DNA of 32,708 nt from a virus (IMGVR_UViG_3300033067_000757:1-32708), one strand, 5' to 3'; positions 1 through 8,983 are shown, numbered from the stretch's first letter. The notes: generated by a model from the sequence alone, not told the origin. Numbers and translations are program-made.

Positions 1-1147
1 TTGCGCAACAAAACGCAGATACGCTTTTGCAATTTGCAAACGCTGAATTAAATTTATTTTTAGAAAATAACAAATCTAAATTAATTGGAGCTAAAATTTT
101 AACAGATGAGTTATTAGCGGAAGAAACTCGAAGATTAGAATTGATTGACAAAAAAAGAATTGAAAATTTAGCAAAAGAAAAAGGAGTTGATGTTGCTAAA
201 TTAGAAGCTAAAAAATTAAACAATGAACAATTAACAATTGCTGAATTAGAGTTTGAAACCGAAAAAATAAAAATAGCAAGTGAAACTGATGCAACTATTC
301 AATCAAATAAGAAAAATTTAGAAGAGCAAATTAAACAACAAAAGGCAGAGCAGTTAATATTAGATAATGAGCTTGAATTAGCGGCTGCTCAATCCAAACA
401 AGAAGCGGCGGCAATAAAAGCTGAACAAGATTACCAAAACGAAATCGGTCGTTTTAGAAAATTATTAGCTGATAAAAAAATAACCCAAGACCAATTTGAT
501 GCTTTTAAAAAAAGCGCAGATGATAAAAAAGCTGAATTAGATAATGTTAGACAAATTCAACAAGTACAATCTGCTTTAGGTGGTTTAAATAATATTGCTG
601 GAGCTGTTGGTTCTTTATTTGGGCAATCAAAAGAATTGGCTTTGGTTCAAGCTGGTATTAATGGCGCAATGGCTATTACTTCTATATTAGCGCAATATCC
701 TAAATTTGATGGAGGTTTTGCAATGACAGCAGCAATAATAGCAGCCGGTGCAACCACCGTAGCGCAAGTTGCAAAAATATCGAGTGCTAAAACACCAGCT
801 ACACCAAAATTTGAAAAAGGTGGTATACAAGAAATTGGCGGTAAAAGACATAGCGCTGGAGGCACTAAATTTTGGGGCGAAGATGGAACGCGATTTGAAG
901 CCGAAGCTGGTGAAGGAATTGGAATATTAAACCGTAATGCATTCGCATCTTTTATGGACTTTAATAACTCTCATAGTAGTGGTAAAAGCAATGGCGGATT
1001 TTTTGCTGGTGGTGGAATTATTACGCAAGGTGTACGCCCTGAAACTTTAAACATTGATAACGTTGTAGATGCAATAGCGAGTATACCTGCTCCTGTAGTT
1101 GCAGTTGAAGAAATTCAAACCGTAGGTAACAGATACGCTACAGTTGT
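1..1147 (+). repeat. Imperfect terminal direct repeat, left copy (pairs with 31571-32708)
   Basis: 1-76 is identical to 31571-31646 and 1071-1147 is identical to 32632-32708. The interior is diverged; copy lengths are 1147 vs 1138 bp. Confidence 0.97.
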
Positions 1148-1166
1148 AAATGGTGCAAATTTATAG
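1..1166 (+). CDS. Tape measure protein, C-terminal part (allele A; 5'-partial, continues from 29884-31570 on the circle)
   Basis: Open frame from the window edge to TAG at 1164-1166. Coiled-coil K/E/A-rich region followed by a Gly/Ala hydrophobic segment and FEKGG/FAGGG motifs typical of siphovirus TMP C-termini. Homologous to 31571-32708. Confidence 0.85.
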   Translation, partial: AQQNADTLLQFANAELNLFLENNKSKLIGAKILTDELLAEETRRLELIDKKRIENLAKEKGVDVAKLEAKKLNNEQLTIAELEFETEKIKIASETDATIQSNKKNLEEQIKQQKAEQLILDNELELAAAQSKQEAAAIKAEQDYQNEIGRFRKLLADKKITQDQFDAFKKSADDKKAELDNVRQIQQVQSALGGLNNIAGAVGSLFGQSKELALVQAGINGAMAITSILAQYPKFDGGFAMTAAIIAAGATTVAQVAKISSAKTPATPKFEKGGIQEIGGKRHSAGGTKFWGEDGTRFEAEAGEGIGILNRNAFASFMDFNNSHSSGKSNGGFFAGGGIITQGVRPETLNIDNVVDAIASIPAPVVAVEEIQTVGNRYATVVNGANL

Positions 1167-1178
1167 TATATTAGCAAA

Positions 1179-1424
1179 ATGAAAATTAAAAACATTTTAA
1201 ACGGTTGGGGTAATTTCATTGAAAAAAGTGAGGTTACTGAAGCAATGGCAGAAAGTCGAGCGGCTCAATGCATTAAATGTAACGAATGTAAAGAAGGCAA
1301 ACTATTGGCACTTATAAAAGATGACTTAAAAGAAATTGAAGGACATTATTGTGCGTTATGCTATTGTCCGGTATCTGCAAAAATTAGAAGTAAATTAGAA
1401 ACTTGTCCGCTTTATAAATGGTAA
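1179..1424 (+). CDS. Small Cys-rich, putative Zn-binding phage protein
   Basis: CxxCxxC...CxxCxC...CPxxKW pattern in 81 aa; TATATTAG (promoter-like) at 1167-1174 just upstream. Confidence 0.7.
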   Translation: MKIKNILNGWGNFIEKSEVTEAMAESRAAQCIKCNECKEGKLLALIKDDLKEIEGHYCALCYCPVSAKIRSKLETCPLYKW

Positions 1425-1642
1425 ACTATGAATTTTTAAAAAGTACTGATTATAAACTTTTTTTAGAATATGTAAAAAGGGGGATTATTTCTGTACACAT
1501 AATGGATTATTTAACGGTTTATGAAACGTACCTAAACGAAATAAAAACCAATAAAAAATCAATTGCAATTACTTATTGTGCTGAAAAATATAATTGTTCA
1601 GAGCGTACTATTCACAACGTCATTAACTTTATGCTTCGCTAA
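1418..1642 (+). CDS. Small HTH protein, possible Mor/C-like late transcription activator
   Basis: C-terminal HTH-like AITYCAEKYNCSERTIHNVI; lies just upstream of the head operon promoter. Confidence 0.55.
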   Translation: MVNYEFLKSTDYKLFLEYVKRGIISVHIMDYLTVYETYLNEIKTNKKSIAITYCAEKYNCSERTIHNVINFMLR

Positions 1643-1783
1643 AATATTATTTAATTGATTTTCAAACTCCTTATATTCGGGAGTTTTTTTATACGCAGGT
1701 GTCAATGCTTTTTTTATAGCTTGATAGCTTTGAACGCTCAAAGAATAAATTAAAGCAATTAGAGAAATTGTAAATATTATCAT
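1598..1783 (-). CDS. Small single-TM membrane protein (moron-like)
   Basis: ATG at 1783; N-terminal hydrophobic IIFTISLIALIYSLSV; own TAAATTTG promoter box at 1787-1794. Confidence 0.5.
   Translation of the reverse strand: MIIFTISLIALIYSLSVQSYQAIKKALTPAYKKTPEYKEFENQLNNILAKHKVNDVVNSTL
1664..1690 (+). terminator. Intrinsic terminator after the Zn-finger/HTH genes
   Basis: AAACTCC-N9-GGAGTTT stem followed by a T run. Confidence 0.55.
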
Positions 1784-1786
1784 AAT

Positions 1787-1794
1787 CAAATTTA
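1787..1794 (-). promoter_or_regulatory. Bacteroidota sigma-A -7 box (TAAATTTG) for the 1783 ORF
   Basis: Matches TAnnTTTG, 3 nt from the ATG (near-leaderless mRNA). Confidence 0.5.
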
Positions 1795-1854
1795 CTTACC
1801 AAATCACTTTTATTTTTGCAATATTAGTTTCAAAAAACGCCTTTGATACAATTG

Positions 1855-1862
1855 TATATTTG
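1855..1862 (+). promoter_or_regulatory. Bacteroidota -7 box (TATATTTG) for the head operon
   Basis: TAnnTTTG consensus, 5 nt before ATG 1868. Confidence 0.65.
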
Positions 1863-1867
1863 TGCCT

Positions 1868-2932
1868 ATGGAAGGAACTATTTATATAAACGGACTTATC
1901 GGTAGCTATGAAGACCAAAAAGGTACTGAGCTAATTGATATAATTCAACAAGTGAAATCCCAAACGGGTGCAACTTCTTTTCGTGTTCATATTAATTCAG
2001 AGGGTGGTGTTGTAGACACTGGCTTTGATATTTTTAATTACTTAAAATCTTTACAATTACCAATTACAACTGTAGGTAGTGGCTTAGTTGCTTCAATTGC
2101 TACGGTTATTTTTATGGCTGGTGATACTAGAATTTTAACAAACGGTACTCAGTTTATGATACACTCTCCAATGGGTGGTATTGATGGGACAGCAGACGAA
2201 ATTGAAGCGTATGCACAAAGCGTAAGGGATTGTGAAAACAAACTTATTAAATTCTACACAAATCAAACAGGATTAGGAACTGATGCAATTGCACCGTTAT
2301 TAAGAAATGAAACTTGGTTAACTCAAGACCAAGCAACCTCTTTAGGTTTTGCAACTTTATTAAACGAGCCTATCCTTGCAAAAGCGTATCTTAAATTAAA
2401 TAATGATAAACCAATGACAAAAGAAGACAAAAGCTGGATTGAAGAGAAGTTCTCTGCGATTCTAAATTCATTTAAAAAGCAAATTGTAAACGTAGTTTTA
2501 CAAGACGCTAATGGTGTAGCAATAGACTTTACCGAAGTAGCAGAGGGAGAAACTCCAGCTGTTGGTGCAGTTGCTACAATTGACGGACAACCTGCTGAGG
2601 GTGAATATGTAATGCCTGATGGTAGCACATTCATTTTTGTAGCTGGAGCATTAACAGAAATTGTTTTAGTGGCAGACCCTAACGAAGAGTTAGACGCATT
2701 AAGAAAACAATTAGCTGACAAAGAAGCTGAATTACAAGCGAACGCTACTAAAATAGCTGAACAAGAAGAGGTTATCACTAACATCGTAAAAGAAGTAAAA
2801 GAGTTAAAAGCTGGTATTACTTCTCGTTTTAATGATGACAAGAAAAAAGACAAAAAAGACGGTGATGATGATCCAATCGTAAATCATGCAGCATCCGCAC
2901 TAGAAAACTTAAAAAACAAAAGACGTAAATAA
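1868..2932 (+). CDS. ClpP-like prohead protease fused to a C-terminal scaffold coiled coil
   Basis: INSEGG, GLVASIATVIFMAG (catalytic Ser), FMIHSP (His) and ETWL motifs; C-terminal coiled coil; precedes the capsid gene. ATG 1868 chosen because GTG 1862 overlaps the promoter box. Confidence 0.92.
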   Translation: MEGTIYINGLIGSYEDQKGTELIDIIQQVKSQTGATSFRVHINSEGGVVDTGFDIFNYLKSLQLPITTVGSGLVASIATVIFMAGDTRILTNGTQFMIHSPMGGIDGTADEIEAYAQSVRDCENKLIKFYTNQTGLGTDAIAPLLRNETWLTQDQATSLGFATLLNEPILAKAYLKLNNDKPMTKEDKSWIEEKFSAILNSFKKQIVNVVLQDANGVAIDFTEVAEGETPAVGAVATIDGQPAEGEYVMPDGSTFIFVAGALTEIVLVADPNEELDALRKQLADKEAELQANATKIAEQEEVITNIVKEVKELKAGITSRFNDDKKKDKKDGDDDPIVNHAASALENLKNKRRK

Positions 2933-2934
2933 CT

Positions 2935-4005
2935 ATGGCATCAGAAATTACATCAAGTTTCGCTTTCAACAGAGAGGAACTTAAAGACTGGTCAAAAGTA
3001 ATCAATGAATTAACTTTTGGCGACCCAACTCTTAATGAGTTGCACGATATCGAGCAAGGTATCAAATACAATCAGCAAATCGTATTCGCTGGTAGAATGG
3101 GTTTAATGGGTAAAACCGTAACAGGATGTACTCCGAACGCAGTAGCGGGAGTTGCATTAACTGAGAAAACTTGGACTCCGGTAGATATGGACTTTAGATT
3201 AGAGCACTGTTCTGCTGATGTAAATGCACAAGACAAATTGATCCGTCAAATGTCAAAAATGAACCCAGACTTTTACAACGTAATTGAAGGTTCAAACAGC
3301 GTAGTAGGTAACTTTTTAGTTGCTAAAGTTGTTGAAGGTTTTAACGAAAACTTATTGCGTCAAGCATGGTTTGAAGATACAGCGGCTGCTTTAACAAGTG
3401 GTGGTGGAGTTTTCAAAGTAGGTACTGATTTAGGTTTCTTTAATTCTTACAATGGATTTTTCAAACAAATCTTTACTGAAATCCCAAGTACTGATGCTAA
3501 ATATGTGGCTATTACTAAAAATGCTGCTGCTTCTTATGCTTTACAAACTTTAGCTTCAGGAGATGCAATCGCAACTTTAAGAGCTATGTATTTAAAAGCA
3601 GACTCTAGATTGTTAGATTCAGGAAACGCACAATTTTATGTAACTAGAACTATTTTTGATGGTTACTTAAATGACTTAGAATCAATCCAAAACACTGGTG
3701 GTGGTAATACTGTCATCAATGAAAACGGACAAATTTCATTAACTTACAGAGGTATTCCTGTTGTAAAAATGGATGTTTGGGATAGAGTTATTGCTGCTTA
3801 CCAAGACAATGGAACTAAATGGAACTTACCTCACAGAGCGGTTTTATCAACTCCAATGAACTTAAAAATCGGAACTTTAGCAACTGATGACTTCGGTGCT
3901 TTAGACGCTTTTTACGATCAATACCACAAAGTAAATGTTATTGATGGTGTTTACACTATGGATGCTAAACTTTTAGAGAAATATTTAACAGTAGCGGCTT
4001 ACTAA
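2935..4005 (+). CDS. Major capsid protein
   Basis: 356 aa directly after the protease; strongly biased codon usage (TTC/AAC/ACT/GCT); LTYRGIPVV HK97-fold-like motif; followed by a terminator. Confidence 0.85.
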   Translation: MASEITSSFAFNREELKDWSKVINELTFGDPTLNELHDIEQGIKYNQQIVFAGRMGLMGKTVTGCTPNAVAGVALTEKTWTPVDMDFRLEHCSADVNAQDKLIRQMSKMNPDFYNVIEGSNSVVGNFLVAKVVEGFNENLLRQAWFEDTAAALTSGGGVFKVGTDLGFFNSYNGFFKQIFTEIPSTDAKYVAITKNAAASYALQTLASGDAIATLRAMYLKADSRLLDSGNAQFYVTRTIFDGYLNDLESIQNTGGGNTVINENGQISLTYRGIPVVKMDVWDRVIAAYQDNGTKWNLPHRAVLSTPMNLKIGTLATDDFGALDAFYDQYHKVNVIDGVYTMDAKLLEKYLTVAAY

Positions 4006-4020
4006 GCCGTTACTTTTTTT
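3991..4020 (+). terminator. Intrinsic terminator overlapping the capsid stop codon
   Basis: GTAGCGGCTT-ACT-AAGCCGTTAC stem (one G-U pair) followed by T7. Confidence 0.8.
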
Positions 4021-4040
4021 AACTTTTAAAATATAAAGAT

Positions 4041-4625
4041 ATGCCGTGTGAAGGATTAATTACAGCGAACATTTTATTTGATTGCGATAACCCTAGTATT
4101 GGAGGTTTAGAAACTGATGTATTGTTAATCAATGCTGAAGATATAAATATTGCTACTACTACAATTAGCTCTACAAATAAAACATTAATGACTAACCTTG
4201 CATTGAAAGCTACAAAAGTAGGATTTCTATTACAAGGAGTTAAACAAATCAATGGTACTAGTTACGAATTGGTTAAAAAAGAATTCGGTCCGGACAAATT
4301 TAAACACATGTTTACAGGTGTTATTTTGAACCCAAGTGCAGCAAACAAATTACAAGCTACTCAACTTTCAGAAGGTGGGAAATATGTAGTTGTTGTTGAG
4401 CAAAAATGGAAAGGCGCTTTAAACGCAGATGCATTCCAAGTTTACGGGTACAAATCAGGTTTGGAGTTAATGACATTGACTTACAACTCAAAAGAAAACG
4501 ACGGTACAATTTCATTCACTTTGGAAAGTACTGAAGGTTTTGAAGAGCCAATAGTTCCAATGACATTATTAGAAACAGACTACGCTACTACAAAAATTGC
4601 ATTTGATGCAAAATTCTTGTCATAA
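4041..4625 (+). CDS. Major tail tube protein (putative)
   Basis: 194 aa, beta-rich, with N-terminal 'C...C...IGG' and 'YGYKSGL' resembling Bacteroidota phage tail tube proteins; biased codons. Confidence 0.6.
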   Translation: MPCEGLITANILFDCDNPSIGGLETDVLLINAEDINIATTTISSTNKTLMTNLALKATKVGFLLQGVKQINGTSYELVKKEFGPDKFKHMFTGVILNPSAANKLQATQLSEGGKYVVVVEQKWKGALNADAFQVYGYKSGLELMTLTYNSKENDGTISFTLESTEGFEEPIVPMTLLETDYATTKIAFDAKFLS

Positions 4626-5040
4626 GTGGCATAAAATGGATGTGGAATCAATTATCGGAGGCACGACCTCCGATAATGTTTCACTTTTAAAATTATTCTT
4701 AATAGATTATAAACAAGAATTCTTTGTTGAAACTGTTAACGCTTCATGTACTAAATGCATAGTAAGTTATCACAAAGAATTTATTAAAAAGTACAGAAAA
4801 ATGGAAAATCAATCACAATATTTACTGCACAAAAAAAGAGAAGGCTTACAATTAGAGTTTGGCGGTTCTCTTTTAATTACAAATGAAAACATTACAGATC
4901 GTTACGCTGAAAAGTTAATAAAAAGATTTAAGGAATTAAACGAGGATTTTAAACTAGATGATTTGTTTGAGAAATTTCCTACTGAAATAAAAGAAATAAA
5001 AGAAACTGCAAAGCCTAAGGCTAAAAAAACCACTAAATAA
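4606..5040 (+). CDS. Hypothetical phage protein
   Basis: ORF between tail tube and portal; ATG at 4606 or 4636; CxxC motif and basic tail. Confidence 0.65.
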   Translation: MQNSCHKWHKMDVESIIGGTTSDNVSLLKLFLIDYKQEFFVETVNASCTKCIVSYHKEFIKKYRKMENQSQYLLHKKREGLQLEFGGSLLITNENITDRYAEKLIKRFKELNEDFKLDDLFEKFPTEIKEIKETAKPKAKKTTK

Positions 5041-6212
5041 TGAAAGTTACAGTCCTAGATATAATCAAAAGGGCGGTTAAGTGGGATAAAAAATTAGAAA
5101 TTTATCAAAACGGAGAGGACAACTTATACCCTGAGCGTATTGATAGAGTTATAAACAACTCCGTAACTGCTAAAATGGCATCCGAAATGATGACTCAATA
5201 CTTATTGGGTAAAGGGTTCGGAGAGGCGGACAACTTCAAAATAAATAAAGACCAAAAATTAATTGATTTTGCTATTGATGTAGCGGATAGTTTAGTACGC
5301 CAAAGAGGTGTTGCTATTCATTTTGATTATAATTTAAATTTTGAAGAGCTTAATCCAAAAGTAATTGATTTTACAAAAATTCGTTTAGGTAAAAAAGATA
5401 GTGAACATTATAACGGTAAAATTTTGTTTAAAAACGACTGGTCAGATAACCAAGAGAAACCAATAATTTTTGATGTTTTTAATAGAAACCTTGATGTTAT
5501 AAAAGCACAAATTAATAAGGCTGGAGATATTGAAAAATACAAAGGTCAAATTATGTATATAAATTTAGATAGTAGATATTATTATCCACTTTCAAGAGTT
5601 GATGCGGTTTTAAATGATTGCGATTCAGAAAGTCAAGCGGCTATTTATAAAAACATGATTTTGCGTAAAGGTTTCTTTGGTAAGACCGTTATAATGACGC
5701 CTCCTTTGGTAAGTAATGACGAACCGGAAATGATTGTTAACGATGCTGGGCAATTAGTAAGAAACAGACAATTTACAGCTAGAGAAGCTGAGGCGGATGT
5801 AGTTAAAAAAACAATTGAAAAGTTTATTGGTAGTGAAAACGCTGGGGGCGCAATGATGATTGAAAGCCCTGATTTTATAAATGGTATTGATAGTATTTTT
5901 AAAATTGAAAAAATCGACTCTACTTTAGATGACAAAATGTTTGAATATACTGAGAACTCAGTAAGTAAAAATATTTTAATGGCATTCAATAACTTACCCG
6001 TTGTATTAGTCAAATCACCTGATAGTGCAATGTTTGGCAACAGCGGGTCAAGTTTATTAGAAGCTAAAAAAATGTACTGGGAAAACACTAGTAAAGAGCG
6101 TAATAAATTAGAAACTATTATTAATGATGTGGTTCAAAATTTACAAACTTGGAACGGACAATATATTTTTATTCAAACATTAATACAACCCGTAACACCA
6201 GCTGCAATATGA
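5040..6212 (+). CDS. Portal protein
   Basis: 390 aa; NGEDNLYP, YYP and GSENAG motifs typical of Bacteroidota phage portals; followed by a connector gene. Confidence 0.8.
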   Translation: MKVTVLDIIKRAVKWDKKLEIYQNGEDNLYPERIDRVINNSVTAKMASEMMTQYLLGKGFGEADNFKINKDQKLIDFAIDVADSLVRQRGVAIHFDYNLNFEELNPKVIDFTKIRLGKKDSEHYNGKILFKNDWSDNQEKPIIFDVFNRNLDVIKAQINKAGDIEKYKGQIMYINLDSRYYYPLSRVDAVLNDCDSESQAAIYKNMILRKGFFGKTVIMTPPLVSNDEPEMIVNDAGQLVRNRQFTAREAEADVVKKTIEKFIGSENAGGAMMIESPDFINGIDSIFKIEKIDSTLDDKMFEYTENSVSKNILMAFNNLPVVLVKSPDSAMFGNSGSSLLEAKKMYWENTSKERNKLETIINDVVQNLQTWNGQYIFIQTLIQPVTPAAI

Positions 6213-6718
6213 TAACAACGCCCTTAATAACACGTGCTGAAATACAGCAATATAAGCAATTAAGTAATTCAATTAATAATGCAAAATTAAACGAATTGAT
6301 TTTACAAGCGCAAATGGTTGATTTATTTCCTTTGCTAGGTGAACAGTTGTTTTATGATATATTAAACAACCCGAGTACTTACACAGCTTTATTAAACGGT
6401 AATATTTACACTTATAACGGAATTACTTACACTAACGTGGGTTTGAAAGCGGTTTTAGCGCATTACACTTACGCTAGGTATTCTCTTTATGGTGATGTTA
6501 TAGATACGGCTTTTGGTTTAAAAGCCAAATTAAATAATGACGTATCAGAAAAAATTGACTACCCGATGAAAAAGACTTTATACGAGCATAATTGTAATTA
6601 CGCTTTTAACCTTTGGTTAAATGTGGAAAGCTATTTAATGCGAAATAATATTGCAAAGTATTTTAAATGCGGAACCAAATCAGATAATAAAAATTTTAGA
6701 ATTTCAAGGATAGGATAA
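6209..6718 (+). CDS. Head-tail connector/adaptor (DUF6712-like)
   Basis: ATG 6209 overlaps the portal stop (ATGA); 'AQMVDLFPLLGEQLF' and 'GLKAVLAHYTYARY' motifs. Confidence 0.65.
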   Translation: MITTPLITRAEIQQYKQLSNSINNAKLNELILQAQMVDLFPLLGEQLFYDILNNPSTYTALLNGNIYTYNGITYTNVGLKAVLAHYTYARYSLYGDVIDTAFGLKAKLNNDVSEKIDYPMKKTLYEHNCNYAFNLWLNVESYLMRNNIAKYFKCGTKSDNKNFRISRIG

Positions 6719-6740
6719 TTAATTTAAAAAATAAAAAAAA

Positions 6741-7031
6741 ATGCAACATTTAGATTATGCTTTAAACGGCAATCAAGGAGTAGGTCAATTCGGACAGTAC
6801 GGATTAAGAGTTTTAACTAGTAATGCAATTGCAAAGGAAACTTTTATAGCAATTCAAGTTATTACGGACTGCGTAATTTCTAGTAAATTACATGCATACG
6901 AAACTAACAATATTGAAATTGTAGGCGACGAAGAAATAACTAGTTTAGCTTTAGAAGCTGGAACGGTAATTTACGGAAGATTTTACGACTTAGAAGTAGC
7001 AAGCGGAAAAGTAATTGCTTATAAAGGTTAA
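6741..7031 (+). CDS. Small virion structural protein (beta-rich)
   Basis: 96 aa ending GTVIYGRF...VASGKVIAYKG; upstream of the fibre module. Confidence 0.55.
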   Translation: MQHLDYALNGNQGVGQFGQYGLRVLTSNAIAKETFIAIQVITDCVISSKLHAYETNNIEIVGDEEITSLALEAGTVIYGRFYDLEVASGKVIAYKG

Positions 7032-7034
7032 TTT

Positions 7035-7187
7035 ATGCTAGGGCTTGGAAACAATTTAAAAAAACATAGCTTTGGCTTTGATAATACTATCAAATTAGCT
7101 ATTGCGGCTTTTAAAATTAGGGTTGCAGCAGACGCTGGAACTTTTGAAGCTGAAAGCTGTTTAAAACAACAATTAAAAAAGATTTAA
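7035..7187 (+). CDS. 50-aa protein carrying the AFKxRVxxDxGTFEAxxCL motif (not in the ORF track)
   Basis: MLGLGNNLKKHSFGFDNTIKLAIAAFKIRVAADAGTFEAESCLKQQLKKI; fills the gap between two genes exactly; motif shared with 26568-27740. Confidence 0.75.
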   Translation: MLGLGNNLKKHSFGFDNTIKLAIAAFKIRVAADAGTFEAESCLKQQLKKI

Positions 7188-7188
7188 A

Positions 7189-8313
7189 ATGAGTTTATTT
7201 GAAAGTGCAAGTTTGTGCGTAACGCCAAACGGAACGAAAGCGAGTAAGTTATACGCTATAAAGCCAACTGATGGAAGTGGTGATTTATCAGTAACAAGAG
7301 CAACAAGTGGTGATACAAGGGTAAACGCAAGCGGACTTATTGAAACAGTTTCTGCTAATGTGCCACGTTTAGACTATTCAAACGGAAGTTGTCCGAGTAT
7401 ATTAGTAGAGCCGCAAAGAACGAATTTAGTTTTAAGAAGTCAAGAATTTGATAATATAGCTTGGACTAAATTTTCTTCTACTGTAACAACTAATAGCGTT
7501 ATTTCACCTGATGGTACACAAAATGCAGATACGGCAACTTTTACAGGAGATATTAATTCAAGTGTATTAAGACAAAGTGTAATATTAACAATAGGCTCTA
7601 CTTATACTTTTTCAATATATGCACGAACTCCATCTGGAACAGGTACAATGTCTATTGATTTAGGAGATGGCAGTAATGTAACAAGGACTATAAATTCAAG
7701 TTGGAATAGATATACATTTACGCTAGTTGCAGGTGCATTTCCTCACATAGATATATCTTCTACAACTGCTTCAACTTATTATTTATGGGGTGCTCAATTA
7801 GAATTAGCAAGTTACGCTACTTCATACATTCCAACAGTAGCAAGTGCTGTAACACGTAACGCAGATGTAATATCTAAAACAGGTATAAGTAGTTTAATAG
7901 GGCAAACAGAGGGGACTATTTTTGTTGATTTTTATTATACTCAAAATAGCGGAAGTAGTATTGTATCAATATTTAATACCGCTGTTTCAAATTCAATTTT
8001 CTTTGAAACTTTTAACAATATTTTATATTTAACTATTATTACAAGTGGTGCTTTAGTTTGTCAAATTCCTTTTACAACTCTTACAAATCAAAATTATAAA
8101 ATAGCGGTTGGATATAAACTAAATGATATTGTATTTTATGTAAATGGTAGCCAAGCAGGAGTAGATACGAGTGCTACAATTCCAGCAACAAATGAAATTA
8201 ATTTAGGGTTTTTAGGTGCAAGTTTTACGCAACAAAAAACAAATATAAATACAACTGCTCTTTGGAAAACACGTTTAACTAATGCTGAATTAGCGGAAAT
8301 CACAACTTTATAA
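7189..8313 (+). CDS. Fibre/spike protein with carbohydrate-binding and ConA/LamG-like domains
   Basis: N-terminal 'VTRATS..TRVNASG..PRLDY..LVEPQRTNL', 'WGAQLE..ATSYIPT..VTRNAD' and a C-terminal 'EGTIFV..YVNG' beta-sandwich; Thr/Ser rich. Confidence 0.75.
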   Translation: MSLFESASLCVTPNGTKASKLYAIKPTDGSGDLSVTRATSGDTRVNASGLIETVSANVPRLDYSNGSCPSILVEPQRTNLVLRSQEFDNIAWTKFSSTVTTNSVISPDGTQNADTATFTGDINSSVLRQSVILTIGSTYTFSIYARTPSGTGTMSIDLGDGSNVTRTINSSWNRYTFTLVAGAFPHIDISSTTASTYYLWGAQLELASYATSYIPTVASAVTRNADVISKTGISSLIGQTEGTIFVDFYYTQNSGSSIVSIFNTAVSNSIFFETFNNILYLTIITSGALVCQIPFTTLTNQNYKIAVGYKLNDIVFYVNGSQAGVDTSATIPATNEINLGFLGASFTQQKTNINTTALWKTRLTNAELAEITTL

Positions 8314-8633
8314 TGGAAATATACAAATTAAAATATTCAGACAAAGAAACTGCAATAGCTGATTTATTAGCGAAGCAAGTTTACGTAGAAAGCGAACAAG
8401 TAACCGTACAAGATACCGAACAAGTATTATCTTACGGACAAGGTATACAAGCAATAGTAGAGATAGGTTTAATAGTTTTAGAGAATGGAACTTACGATAG
8501 TGAATTTAATGAAATAACTGCACCTGTTTACGCAGATGGATATCATTTTGACGTAATTAGCGAAAAAGAAATTAAGTTTGAAAACGCTATTGAAGTAAAC
8601 AATCCTAAACATACTTTTGCAGGATATGAGTAA
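8313..8633 (+). CDS. Fibre-associated small protein (chaperone or cap)
   Basis: Translationally coupled to the fibre gene; acidic; ends 'NNPKHTFAG'. Confidence 0.55.
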   Translation: MEIYKLKYSDKETAIADLLAKQVYVESEQVTVQDTEQVLSYGQGIQAIVEIGLIVLENGTYDSEFNEITAPVYADGYHFDVISEKEIKFENAIEVNNPKHTFAGYE

Positions 8634-8826
8634 AAAAGAAAGAATAGATTTATTCCTATCAAAATGGGTAAGTCGTAAACTAACAGTTTTTGTTGTAGCT
8701 TCTGCAGGTTTATTTTCAGGAGTTATAACGTCAACTGATTGGGTTATTATTGCAACTTCTTACATAGCTATTGAGGGAGCAACTAATATTGTAGAACGAT
8801 TAATGAAAAGTAAAAATGTCGCATAA
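8626..8826 (+). CDS. Holin-like membrane protein
   Basis: Two hydrophobic segments after an 'SRKL' motif; upstream of the endolysin. Confidence 0.65.
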   Translation: MSKKERIDLFLSKWVSRKLTVFVVASAGLFSGVITSTDWVIIATSYIAIEGATNIVERLMKSKNVA

Positions 8827-8983
8827 CGATTTAAAATTGTATTTTTTTAATAGTATTAGTATGCTGTTAAGTTTCTCTAACATAGAAAACGCTTTAAAGA
8901 TAATTCTATTAATTGCTTCTATATTTTATACAGTTTTAAAAACAATAGAAACTTATAAAAATAAAAATAATGAGAAAAATTAA
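8816..8983 (+). CDS. Second small membrane protein (holin/antiholin-like; not in the ORF track)
   Basis: MSHNDLKLYFFNSISMLLSFSNIENALKIILLIASIFYTVLKTIETYKNKNNEKN; overlaps both neighbours. Confidence 0.6.
   Translation: MSHNDLKLYFFNSISMLLSFSNIENALKIILLIASIFYTVLKTIETYKNKNNEKN

Noticed and set aside
647-6088. Minus-strand ORFs 647-865, 2323-2853, 2829-3071, 4019-4252, 5645-6088
   Set aside because: Antisense shadows of well-supported structural genes, with no motifs or start signals.
7189-8313. Diversity-generating retroelement or invertible fibre cassette
   Set aside because: No reverse transcriptase, template repeat or invertase seen, and the TMP allele differences are not adenine-specific.
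8393-8426. Short repeat CGAACAAGTA twice in the fibre-associated gene
   Set aside because: A 10-bp in-frame local duplication, too short to support any function.
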